A DNA stretch of 64,000 nt from Macrostomum lignano (Eukaryota): the NCBI GenBank assembly GCA_002269645.1, contig NIVC01000800.1, forward strand, positions 1 to 64,000, given 5' to 3'. How positions within the stretch are numbered: position 1 is the stretch's first letter; every line of letters begins with the position of its first letter. Made by a program: the position numbers and the translations under genes. Below are positions 47,384 through 59,900 of the stretch, one piece after another. Under the pieces are notes generated by a model, which worked only from the letters and a program-made list of their open reading frames with translations, was not told where the DNA came from and searched no databases.

Positions 47384-49303
47384 TTTTAGGTCCCTAACAG
47401 AGGCTAGCAATAAAAACAAATGCAGAAAACACAATTGAATCTGTATATTGTGCCAGTAGCTAAATTGACTTTTTCTGAACTAAATGCTAAGCCCACTGAC
47501 TGTTTAAAATAAAATCAATCAATATTTAGTGGTAAATAGTATATGCCAATTGTGCTTTTAGGTCCCTGATAAAGGCTAGCAATGAAAACACAGAAAACAC
47601 AATTGAACATGTATATTGTGCCAGTAGCTAAATTGACTTTTTCTAAACTAAATGCTAAGCCCACTGACTGTTTAAAATAAAATCAATCAATCAATATTTA
47701 GTAGTAAATAGTATATGCCAATTGTGCTTTTAGGTCCCTGATAAAGGCTAGCAATAAAAACACAGAAAACACAATTGAACATGTATATTATGCCAGTAGC
47801 TAAATTGACTTTTTATGAACTAAATGCTAAGCCCACTGACTGTTTAAAATAAAATCAATCAATCAATATTTAGTGGTAAATAGTATATGTCAATTGTGCT
47901 TTTAGGTCCCTGATAAAGGCTAGCAATGAAAACACAGAAAACACAATTGAACATGTATATTGTGCCAGTAGCTAAATTGACTTTTTCTAAACTAAATGCT
48001 AAGCGCACTGACTGTTTAAAATAAAATCAATCAATATTTAGTGGTAAATAGTATATGCCAATTGTGCTTTTAGGTCCCTGACAGAGGCTAGGCCTAGCAA
48101 TGAAAACACTGAAAACATAATTGAATCTATATATATTAAAGAAGTTTAAAATTTGGATATTTGGGGGCATTGGCTAACATAAGCATAAGTTAGCTACTAT
48201 TGCTTTTCTGTATTACTTTATATAAGCAAGAGCACTGTTTATCAAAGCAGATGTCTCCATATAACATGTTAAACTCAAATGAATATAGATAGGAGCCAAA
48301 GAATAGCTAGGCCCCTAATCTATATATTAAACTGCATTAGAATATATGTCTAACATTGATATTTATAATTATTGATTATAAATTCTTGAATTCTTGATTT
48401 ATTTTAATGTAATCGTGAATTCATATTTACTGTAATTTAATAGGCAATGCTTTGCTTTAGTAGTATTTAAATCAACGAATGAGTGCTTGGAGAGTTTACA
48501 AGTTATGCTAGACTAGGCAAGATTGGAAGAGTCTTAATATTAATATAAGTAGGTCTATAGATAATGAAAAGCTTTTACAACATGTTGTACTAACATACAT
48601 ACTTTCTTGTGCTAAAAGTGACATTGCAGATCCATTTCAGCAATAATGTACTAAGAATAAGTGAATAACCACAAGTAAAGTAAATCATATTGCTAAGAGT
48701 ACAATCATTATTTACTTACTATTTAATTACTAACTAATTAGCTATCACTATCTACATACTAACTATTTATTATTTCAATTTTAGTGATATTTACGCTCAC
48801 TTAATTGCTCAAGTATGCAATAGACAATATGTGTTTAATCACATGATGCAACACAGGTTCGAAGAATCCAATACCATACCATATATACAGTAGTTAGTGA
48901 TCAACCTCAACTGCTCGGCGAGCCTTGCAGTGGTCTTGCGCACGGAATTTAAATGGGTGCTATTTTTGTTAAAGTTATAAATATTCCATTGATATTTACA
49001 AACTTTGTAGAACATATAAATCAAATCGGATTAGTACGCATGGTTGCGCAATGATTAGTGAATAGAAATTACAGAAGCTCAATACATGCGCAATCTCTGC
49101 TGCGATTAAAATTTGATCACTCCTTTTTCACTCCATTATAAGAACACAAAAACTTTTTTTTCTCCCTTATTTTAGCACGTTTAGGCCTGTGATTGTGTGC
49201 GCAAAGGTGATATAACTTGCGCAATCGTTTATTAATTTATTTTCACTGTTTCAGTTTCATCATTTTTGGGCGTGAAATCTGAGGCGTGAATTCAGTAGTT
49301 AGT
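47384..49303 (-). repeat. Right TIR: same unique part plus >4 copies of the 168-172 bp unit
   Basis: Ends GGCGTGAATTCAGTAGTTAGT. Unit marker GGTCCCT at 47389, 47561, 47733, 47905, 48073. The identical 61-aa ORF appears at 33673(+) and 48839(-). Confidence 0.92.
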
Positions 49304-51867
49304 CCGGAAGCCTGCACAATGCAGCAGTTTAATTGATTAATCAAATGTGCGCGCATACATACATACATCGTTTGCGTTTGCTCCTGGCATTGTTTGCTAT
49401 TGCTACCTGCCTCCTAAGTGTGAGTCAGTCATTAATTAATCGACTCAGCAACTCATGTACGAAGTATATGTACGACATGCCTCATGCATCGCATGCATCA
49501 TGTCTATCTTATGTCCTCACATATACACCTTAAGTCTTAGCAAGATCGTAGATTTTTTAAAGAAAATTTTCTTATAACTAAGCTTTAATAGACTTTTGAT
49601 TTACTGAATAGTATTGTGTCGACTAAGCCATCTGCTTATTTTGATATATTTAGAGAAAGGCAAGAGAATTCAAAAAAGTTTTGCGCTGATTTCACAATCG
49701 ATGGTGGTGGTGGTGGTGGTAGTAAGTAAGGTAATGTAATGCAATGCGTGCAATCGGATGGCATGGTGTGGCACACGATTACCGGATTTACCTAACCTAG
49801 TAGCTGATTATTAAAGACAACAATGCCAGTTGCCAATCTGAAGCAGGCTATTGAATAAATGCAGAAAATCAGGCCTAGCAGTGTCTCCATGCAGCATGAC
49901 CTATGTTTGATTTTCATTAAGTTATCATATTCAAAGTATAGCCTTATCTAAGACCTTATCTAATGGTTCCTGTGAAAGTTTTTTAATATGTCACATTTGT
50001 AATATAGGCCTATTTTCACTTTTTAATCAGAGAATTTTCTCTAGCCTTTCATATTCTAGCATTTCGTTTCACGTCATTCATAGGGCCTAACTTGTATGTT
50101 TTTAAAGGAAAAAACAACATTCGTTTTTATCTACCCATTTTTATATTTTTATTTGTACATCGGCTCATTGACATTGGAGTTTCTACCTAGTCCCTAAAGT
50201 ATTCGTCACTGATCATTTTAGCCCAAAAATTTTTTTTTAATAAATTATGTAGGCCCTAATCTATAGGTATAGGCCTAGGCCTATTTATAGGCCCTAACTT
50301 TTTAATTTTAGTTTTTGTTTTGTCTAGTAGGCCCTATGTCATTTTAGCTTTTATTCCTTAGGCCTAGGCCCCTCTCCTTAGGCCTTATTTCAAAACTATA
50401 TAACACTAAACTAGGCCTATGTGTTTTAAATTAAATTTCCTTAATTAATATACTTTTATTTATGCTACAATTTATATAGGCACTATGCTATATTTCAAAT
50501 TTAAATATTTGATCAACAATTAAAATGTCAAAATTGTTTTAATTATGACTGAGATTCAATACACATAATTATTGCAATGTATATTGTTCTTAGATAAGTA
50601 GGCCTAGTAAATGAAGTTCCTTAGAAAGGTTAAAATTACCATGGTTTTAAAAGGAATAACAGGAAGGATTATAGTATTGGGAAGAGTTTGGGTAAATTAA
50701 ATAGATACTATTATATATTATTGCAGACCAACATAATAATTAAAAGAAAAATTATAATTTATATTATATTTTTTGTATTAACTTGCATTATATAAAATTA
50801 AAAAAACTATTAAAGCAATTATAATTTTTTCCAACATTTTTTCAACTAGTGCAGGTGGCAAAATGTCTAACTAAGAGAGAAATTACAAAAATGCTAGGCT
50901 CTAACCAAAAAATGGATGAAAAAAAGAACAAAGGAAAAGGGAAAAACAAGGAAAAAAAAGAAAATATAGGAAAAGAAACAAAACAAAGACCATGTTGTAA
51001 CCCACACTCTAGATCATATAATATATGTCCAAAAATTTGGTCATGCATAGTTGGCATGCATAACTTTTAAGAAAATAGTGTATGTGCATACTTAGCCTGC
51101 ACTTCATAGAATCAGGCAGAAAAGTTAGTGTTAAGTTGGAAAAAGATTGAAAATTTTTATATTTTAGCATAAATTTTAAACTTTCCAGCTTCTAAGCTCA
51201 TTAATAATACATTAAAACAAAATTTTGTATATTAATTTTCTGCTATAAATAGTGTAGACAAAAATGATAAATAATCAACCAAATTATCAGCCACAAAGGG
51301 TCCTTTATGCAATGCAAAAAAGTCATTTTTTGTTCCAACATTGGCCTAGATTTTGAGTGTGGATGTAAACAAATTTTTTTTGGTGTGCTTTTGCAACTCT
51401 TCAATTTTTGTTTAGGCATGCATCCACCATAATCTAGACTAGGTTGTAACCAAGGACAACTAAGTTGCAACTAGAGATAGCTAGGCTAAGTTCTAACCAG
51501 AGGCAACTTAGGGGGTGGGGTATGCAGTCCCCTAAGTTTGGGGGTTGTACATATGAATCCCCTTATATATATGAAAGGAATATGCAAATAGGAGTAAAAG
51601 GTATATGTGGAAAACACCTTTAGAGTTCAATTTAAGAATAAATTATATTATATAACTAGATTTAAAAATATTTAGTTGTATGGATATTAACTAAAAGTTC
51701 ATTGAAGCAAAAATATTGCCATGATCATTTTCTGAGGATACAATATTATATAACTTATCAATTTTCACCAAAAATTTCTAAGAATTTTGTGTTTTGTCAT
51801 GACTTGAAATAGTTTAGCTTGCTTATTTATTACAGCTTTTATATCAAAGCTTATTCAACTGAAATTC

Positions 51868-53471
51868 ATGTCATCTTGTCGTCAAAACTATGCACCAGAG
51901 TGTGAGGTGTCTTTGAACAAGCAGATCAATGTTCAGCTTTACACAGCCTATGCCTACACTGGTTTAGCTTGGCATTGCAATCGTTCAGACATTGCTCTGC
52001 CTGGCTTGCACAAATTTTTCCAAATCAGAGCCAATGCAAGTCGGCAACAAGCTAAACGCCTGATGGCCTATCAGACTGTGAGGGGAGGCCAGTTGATTCT
52101 AGCTGATATTGGCAAACCTCCTGCTCCCGTCACAGTCTCCAGCACTGCAGTGGGATTACAGTTGGTACAGCAGGCATTAGAAATGGAGAAGACTGTAAAT
52201 GCTGCTCTGTTGCAGTTGCACTCCATTGGCGATTCTGCTGGTGATGCACATTTTCTGGTGAGAATTATTTTAATACAATTTATATTATTAAATTTTAAAT
52301 TGCTTTGCTTTATGCCAGCATTGTTAGTCTGGTGTTGGATTATATGTCTGGTGGTTTGATACTTAGTGTAATGCCTAGATAATCATTCTGGTGTCTGGAT
52401 AACTAGTCTGGTGCCTGGATAATCAGTGTAGTGTCTGGATTATTAGTCTGGTACCTGGATAATCAGTCTGGTGCCTGGATAATTAGTCTGGTGCCTGGAT
52501 TATTAGTCTGGTACCTGGATAATCAGTCTGGTGCCTGGATAATTAGTCTGGTGCCTGGATAATCAGTCTGGTGCCTGGATAATTAGTCTGGTGCCTGGAT
52601 AATCAGTCTGGTGCCTGGATAATCAGTGTAGTGCCTGGATAATCAGTGTAGTGCCTGGATAATCAGTTTAGCGCCTGGATAATCAATATAGTGCCTGGAT
52701 AATCAGTGTAGTGCTTGGATAATTAGTCTGGTGCCTCGATAATCAGTTTAGTGCCTGGATAATCAGTTTAGCGCCTGGATAATCAATATAGTGCCTGCAG
52801 ATAATCAGTGTAGTGCTTGGATAATTAGTCTGGTGCCTCGATAATCAATTTAGTGCCTGGTTAATCAGTCTGGTGCCTGGATAATCAGTGTAGCGCCTGG
52901 ATAATCAATATAGTGCCTGGATAATCAGTCTGGTGCCTGGATAATCAGTGTAGTGCCTGGATAATCAGTGTAGTGCCTGGATAATCAGTCTGGTGCCTGG
53001 ATAATCAGTGTAGTGCCTGGATAATCAGTGTAGTGCCTGGATAATCAGTCTGGTGCCTAAATAATCAATCTCGTTCCAGGATAATTAGTGCCTGGATAAT
53101 CAATATGGTGCATGGATTAATTATATGGTTCCTGGATTATTAAAATGGTGCCTCGATTATTAATGCGGTGCCTGGATAATAGTCTGGTGCCTGGATAATC
53201 AGTCTGGTACCTGAAGTATAATTATGGAACCTTTATTTTTAGTCAGTGCCTAAGATTTAATACGTCTGGCACATAAAAGAGCCCACTTTCTAAATACAAA
53301 CTCCAGTTTCTCACAACTCCCCAGGACTTCATCGAAGGTGAGTGCCTGGATGCCCAGGCCAGCTGTCTGAAGCGCCTGTCCGACCTGGCCTCCCAGCTGG
53401 CCCAGTGCGGCCAGGGTCTTGGCGAGTTTGCTTTCGATCGCGAGCTGCTGCATGATCAATCTGATTGTTGA
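51868..53471 (+). CDS. Ferritin-family protein, 178 aa, 2 exons, ferroxidase centre degenerate
   Basis: Exon 1 51868-52257 (RQNY..E..LNKQIN..LY..Y.Y, DIALPGLHKFF, RGG, ALEMEKTVNAALLQLH, DAHFL|GTGAGA) joins in phase 0 to exon 2 53325-53471 (DFIEGECLDAQASCLKRLSD...GLGEFAFDREL). Confidence 0.92.
52370..53210. repeat. 19-bp GTGCCTGGATAATCAGTCT minisatellite (ferritin intron)
   Basis: Period 19. Confidence 0.93.
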
Positions 53472-53789
53472 TTTCATTTGTCTGAGGGCTTTCCTCAGGC
53501 CAAAGCAGATTTATTGTCATATTCATGAGGAGCTTTTTAGTTAGGATATATAAACAGCTAGTGCAATTGTGAATCAAGTTAATCCTATATTGTCTGATAA
53601 TTATTTGTTAATCTAATTGTTAACGCAGCTCTTTAGCTAGTATAATTTACTGATTTACTAATAAAGTATTGCGTAATCAAAGCCTCTGCCGCAAATTATT
53701 GCGAAATTTAACTTTATTTACTTATAGTAGTTTGCTGAATTGTTTTGTGTTTGTAAAACTTGTTAAAGCTGAAATGCTGAGGTTTAAGC

Positions 53790-54070
53790 CCTAGATAGTC
53801 CATCCCTAGATATTCCCTGATCCCTAGATAGATAGTCTATAATCCCTAGATAGTCCCTGATCCCCAGATATTCCCTGATCCCCAGATATTCCCTGCTCCC
53901 TAGATAGTCCATGATCCCTAGATAGTCCATGATCCCTAGATAGTCCCTGATCCCTAGATAGTCCCTGTTCCCTAGATAGATAGTCTATGATCCCTAGATA
54001 GTCCCTGATCCCCAGATATTCCCTGATCCCTCGGTTTTCCCTAATCCATAGACAATCCCTGATCCCTAGA
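53790..54070. repeat. ~18-bp GATCCCTAGATAGTCCCT minisatellite
   Basis: Direct inspection. Confidence 0.8.
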
Positions 54071-54181
54071 AAACCCCCCATCCTATTTATAATCCCCATC
54101 CCCTTCGTAATCCCCCGTTCCCTAGCTGGTCGATAGCATATATTCTCCAGTCCTTGGATAATCTCCCAGATCCCCGCAGCC

Positions 54182-55543
54182 ATGCACCGCCTGCCAGCGC
54201 CAGCGCCGCCATCCGCCGCTCTGCTCAGCGACGACTCAAACAGCCAGCCGCCTGTCGACCAGCGCCAGACAATGGGATTTGGCGTGCCGGACCAGCTGCC
54301 GCGGGCAGCAGCAGCAGAGGCGGCAGCAGGGGTACCGGCCGATGCTGACATCAGCAACGACACCGATGCCTCCGCGGGCGCCGGCAGCAGCGGCGGACTC
54401 TACTCGGCACACATCAACGAGGAAGTGTCCAGGGCGAAGCTGCGCGACACAATGCTGAGAATGCTGCGCAGGAGCGACATCCTAATTGCCGCTGCCGAGT
54501 CGCAGCTCAAACAGGTGAGAGAGAGTGCGGCTTATTGAACTGGAGTAAAATTTTCAGATACTTTCTGTAGCAGCTTTTTTTAGGGGATCATTCGAAATCC
54601 AGATCTCAGATCCCGTGAGATTCTTCGCCCGATTATTTTATTTAGGCCCTCTTAGATTCCCTAATCAGATCCCACCATTTCCCACTCTCAAACACCCCTC
54701 AGATTCCCCTCTTCGTTCCCTTTCAGATTCCCTTCTTGAATCCCTTCAGATTCCCCTCTCATATCCTCTCAGATCTCCTCAAATTCCCCTCTTATATCCT
54801 CTCAGATTCCCCTCTGATATCCTCTCAGATCTCAGATTCATTCAGATTCCCCTCTCAGATCTCAGATTCCCCTCTCATCTTCTCAGATCTCCTCAGATTC
54901 CCCTCATCTTCTCAGATCTCAGATTCCCCTCTCATCTTCTCGGATCTCAGATTCACCTCTCATCTTCTCAGATCTCAGATTCCCCTCATCTTCTCAGATC
55001 TCCTCAGATTCCCCTCTCATCTTCTCAGATCTCCTCAGCTTCCCCTCTCATCTTCTCAGATCTACTCAGATTCCTCTCTCAGAATCTTTCAAATTCTCCT
55101 TTAAGATCCATTCAGCTTCCCCTCTGAGATCCCTTCATATTCCTACAGATTCCCCCCGGAATCTACTCAGACTCCCCTCTGGGATCTCCTCAGATTCCCC
55201 TATTGAATTCCTTCAGATTCCTCTCTCAGAACCCTTCAGATTCCCCTCCAGGATCTCCTCAGATTCCCCGCTCCCCGCACCTCCTGCCCAGGTGTGCCGG
55301 CAGATCGAGCTAGAGCGGGTCCGGTTCGACCGGGCCTGCTACAGGTCGCAGCGGTCATTCCGGTACACGCTGCGCCTGAGAATGGCGGTGCTGGAGGGCA
55401 TGTGCAACATGCTCAGGGAGTACGCCACCACCAAGATGACGGAGAGGAATAACTTTGCCGCGATTGTTCGCGCGATGGAGCTGGAGATGGCGGGTGGCGA
55501 CCTGCCCTCGCCATTTTATCACCGAGGAGGCGGCGATCCTTGA
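54182..55543 (+). CDS. Hypothetical protein (~194 aa), low-complexity N-terminus and helical C-terminus
   Basis: Exon 54182-54514 (ends CAG|GTGAGA) and exon 55292-55543 (cccag|GTG) join in phase 0. GC-rich coding-like composition, with a minisatellite-filled intron as in neighbouring genes. No family recognised. Confidence 0.7.
54620..55270. repeat. Degenerate CTCAGATTCCCCT minisatellite (intron)
   Basis: Direct inspection. Confidence 0.8.
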
Positions 55544-56379
55544 GCCAGCGTCCAGTGGTGTGCTCAAACTTGAAGTGGTGTTTTTTGTTCGTTTGTTTGT
55601 TTTGTTCGCCGCGGCAGTTGAAGGTTCCTGTACCCTTACACATCAGTGTTTGAGGCTCAATAAGCCTGGTGCTCTGGTGTGCTCAAATTTTAGTGCTGAT
55701 AATTCGTCAAGTTCTTTTTTTCCAGTTGCCAGTATTTCCTGTTGAGCTTCGTCTGCTCAAATAAAACACGCAGAATTGCAAGTCTTTGTGCCTGACTCAG
55801 CTCTTTGTCCGTGTACAATGTCCCCCATAATGCGATTAGAAATTTGGAGCAAAGCTCTCTTACTTGTCCCATTATGTCTACACATCCTATCTACCTGCAT
55901 TAAATATCTACATTGAAATTATATGCATATATTACTCTACAAATTCTCAGTCAGTAGTATATTTGTCGCATTTTTTCTTATATTGCTGTCTCTACCAAAG
56001 TGTAAGCTTATTCAAATTGTGCAATATTATTATTGTTGTTTGATAAAATTATTAACTTACTATTCCAACCCAGTGCATTCAGACTTAACCTGTATATTGT
56101 GTGTAAATTCAGTGCTTTGTCCACTCCTAACACTTCTTTCATTAAAAATTATCTGCAGAATTAAAAGTGTCACAGCCAGCCTTGAAATTCTTTCTGTCAG
56201 TTTTTTTGCAAATAAATAATTCGACAAACATTTTCTTAAAAAAAACACGAAGTTTTTTTGTTGCAAGTAAAGGATTAAATAGTTGGTGTTGAAGAATCTG
56301 TTATTTATGTTGACCTATAGTATCTTTGTGCAATTGTGGGGCTCTTTGAGAGGGGCAGGTCTCAGTGGGAGATTATCCT

Positions 56380-56770
56380 TAGAGATGAGTAGATCTCATG
56401 AGAGATTATACTTTGAAATGAGCAAGTCTCATGAGATATTTATTATCCTTTAAAATGAGCAAATCTCATGAGAGATTATCCTTTGGTATGAGCAAATCTC
56501 ATGGGAGATTATCATTTGGGATGAGCAAATCTCATGAGAGATTATACTTTGAAATGAGCAAGTCTCATGAGATATTTATTATCCTTTAAAATGAGCAAAT
56601 CTCATGAGAGATTATCCTTTGGTATGAGCAAATCTCATGGGAGATTATCATTTGGGATGAGCAAATCTCATGAGAGATTATCCTTTGATATGAGCAAATC
56701 TCATGGGAGATTATCCTTTGGGATGAGTAAATCTCATGGGAGATTATCCTTTGGTATGAGCAAATCTCAT
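56380..56770. repeat. 33-bp ATGAGCAAATCTCATGGGAGATTATCCTTTGGT minisatellite
   Basis: Period 33, intergenic. Confidence 0.88.
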
Positions 56771-56948
56771 AATCCCGTATCTCGTGTCTCGGGGTGATTG
56801 CACCTAATATTTTGCGCATTTTGCTATTAATAACGGAGCAGGGAAGCATCGAACAGTACAGTTATTCCCACGTTTTTGCATGCTTCCCCGCAGCATCCCA
56901 TTGTGACAGTAATCAGACAAACGCATCAGTCAGAGCCGCAGCAGCAGC

Positions 56949-59900
56949 ATGCCCTGGGAGGAGGTGAGCAAAGTCCAGCAAGAGGGCCGTCACGAGCTGG
57001 TGCTGAGCGGTCCCGAGGTTGCTCAGCGCATCGAGACGGAAGGCCTGGACCCGCTGGTGCTGCAGCTGGAGTCGTTGAACTTTCTCAGCATCTCCAAGAC
57101 CGCACTTGAGCAGCTGCCGACTCCGGATGGCGGGATCCGGCTGCCGGCACTGGCCAAGCTGTGCGTGTATGAGAACCGCCTGGCTGCCCTGCCAGCCACC
57201 TTTGCGCAGTTGGCCACCTTGAAGCACCTGGACTTGAGCAACAACCGGCTGGTGTGTCTGCCGGATAACTTGCTGACTGACCTGCTGCAGCTTGAGGTGC
57301 GCGCAATTCTGTGAGATAGAATTAAATAAAAGCACTGTTGAAATGAAATCCATGAGCTTTGTCTTGCGATTCACAGCCGTTACCGTGACATGGATCGCTC
57401 AAGAGTGATTGCAAACGCCTCAAATTCACTTTCTTGGCCTGGGTGAGATCTGTCAATTAAACAAGTTTTAAAACCACTCTTTCAGGTGCTGAACCTGTCT
57501 AATAATCAGTTGGAGAGCCTGCCGCGACTGGGACCTCTGTCTCACCTGCTGGACATGTACCTGAGCAACAATAGATTGACAGCTCTGCCTGATGGTATCG
57601 ACCGGCCTGAGCTGTCAAGTTTACTGTCAATCAGAGCCAACAATAACAGCATTGAGGTTGGGCCTTGTGTCTTTGATGTTTCCTTTTTTAAATGCGAGTT
57701 ACAGTACCGGTACAGTAGATAGAGTCTTTGAGCTATTCCCTCCACAGTTGCAGTCAGAGTCCCCACAGGTGCAGTCAGAGTCCCCACAGGTGCAGTCAGA
57801 GTCCCCACAGGTGCAGTCAGAGTCCCCACAGGTGCAGTCAGAGTCCCCACAGGTGCAGTCAGAGTCCCCACAGGTGCAGTCAGAGTCCCCACAGGTGCAG
57901 TCAGAGTCCCCACAGGTGCAGTCAGAGTCCCCACAGTTGCAGTCAGAGTCCCCACAGGTGCAGTCAGAGTCCCCACAGGTGCAGTCAGAGTCCCCACAGG
58001 TGTAGTCAGAGGAGTCCCCACAGGTGCAGTCAGAGTCCCCACAGGTGTAGTCAGAGGAGTCCCCACAGGTGCAGTCAGAGTCCCCACAGGTGTAGTCAGA
58101 GGAGTCCCCACAGGTGCAGTCAGAGTCCCCACAGGTGTAGTCAGAGGAGTCCCCACAGGTGCAGTCAGAGTCCCCACAGGTGTAGTCAGAGGAGTCCCCA
58201 CAGGTGCAGTCAGAGTCCCCACAGGTGTAGTCAGAGGAGTCCCCACAGGTGCAGTCAGAGTCCCCACAGGTGCAGCCAGAGTCCCCACAGGTGCAGTCAG
58301 AGTCCCCACAGGTGCAGTCAGAGTCCCCACAGGTGCAGTCAGAGGCCCCACAGGTGCAATCAGAGGCCCCGCAGGTGCAGTCAGAGGCCCCGCAGGTGCA
58401 GTCAGAGTCCCCGCTGCCCGCTCAGGCCCTGCCGCCCTCGCTGTCGCGCCTGCCGTGCCTGCGGGTGCTGGACTTGGAGAACAACCGGGTCACCGAGTTG
58501 CCAGCCGACGTGAGCGGCTGCGCCAAGCTGCGCGAGCTCAACCTCAAAGGTAATAAAATTGCCGATCGACGCTTGAAAAAGATGCTGGAAGACGACAAGG
58601 TGCAGTGCGCCTCGGTGCTGGAGTACCTGCGCAAGACCGCCGCCTCCAGGCCGGGCCAGGCCACAGCCAAGGCGGCTGGCAAGAAGCAGAAAAAGCAGCA
58701 ACAACAGCAGCAGCGACTCGAGTCCGAGACTGGCGATGGAGACGATGCTGATGAAGCTGAAGCCGCCACGGTACGTGCAGTCTGGGATTCTGGCTTAAGA
58801 TAGGTGGCAGGAGTGGAATTTGAGTGACAAATCCAAGTAATTGACAATTGGAGTGACTGGTCGAGTGACAGGTGGAGTGACTGTTCGAGTGACAGGTGGA
58901 GTGACTGGTCGAGTGACAGATAAGTGAGTGACTGGTCGAGTGACAGATAAGTGAGTGACTGGTCGAGTGACAGATAAGTGAGTGACTGATGGAGTGACAT
59001 ATAAGTGAGTGACTGATGGAGTGACAGATAACTGAGTGACTGGTCGAGTGACATATAAGTGAGTGACTGATGGAGTGACAGATAAGTGAGTGACAGGTCA
59101 AGTGACATATAAGTGAGTGACTGATGGAGTGACAGATAAGTGAGTGACTGGTGGCCGAGTGACAGATAAGTGAGTGACTGGTGAGTGACAGATGAGTGAC
59201 TTAGGTTTAAGAGATAAGCCAGCTAATGCTGAGCAGCTGGTACCCCCTCCTCACCAGATCGACATCCGGCACTGGCGCCCTGAGTCGGATCTGACTGCCC
59301 GCCTGCACGAGTCGGTGCTGGAGGTGCGGCCCTACCTGGTGCTGTGCGCCGTCCGCAACATCGACCTGGCCAGCGCGCCAGGCCGCTTCAAAGCCTTCCT
59401 GGCCTGCCAGCAGGCGCTGCACGACGGCCTCGCCGACCGGCGGCAGAAGCTGACGGTGGCCAGCCACGATCTGGACAAGATCCGCTTCCCCCTGACCTTC
59501 GAGGCCCGGCCACCGGCCGAGATCGTGTTCCGGCCGCTCAAGTCGGCCAAAGAGGAATCGGCCGCCGAGCTGTTCCGCCGGCTCCGTCAAGAGGCCGAGG
59601 ACGAGCGGAAGGCGAAGAAGCGGAACACGGTGTCCGGGGTGCACCGCTACCTGTCCCTGCTGGAGGGCCGGCCGGGCTACCCAGTGCTGCTGGACCGGGA
59701 CCAGCGGGTGCTGTCCCTGCCGCCCATCACCAATGCCGAGCTCAGCAGGATCGGCCCGGAGACCCGGAATCTGCTGCTGGAGGTGAGGGGAATCTGCTGC
59801 TGGAGGTGAGGGGAATCTGCTGCTGGAGGTGAGGGGAATCTGCTGCTGGAGGTGAGGGGAATCTGCTGCTGTAGGTGAGGGGAATCTGCTGCTGGAGGTG

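Larger units (their letters stand above)
33394..49303. mobile_element. ~15.9-kb Foldback-like Mutator (MULE; NOF-FB/Rehavkus-type by recall) DNA transposon
   Basis: Terminal inverted repeats 33394-~35076 and ~47384-49303, apparently near-identical where compared by eye. Internal MULE-type transposase plus accessory ORFs. No target-site duplication found. Confidence 0.85.

Noticed and set aside
49300-51867. Iron-responsive element upstream of ferritin
   Set aside because: The CAGTGT at ~49880 has no pairing stem or C-bulge, and no other IRE hairpin was found; the true 5' UTR is unknown.
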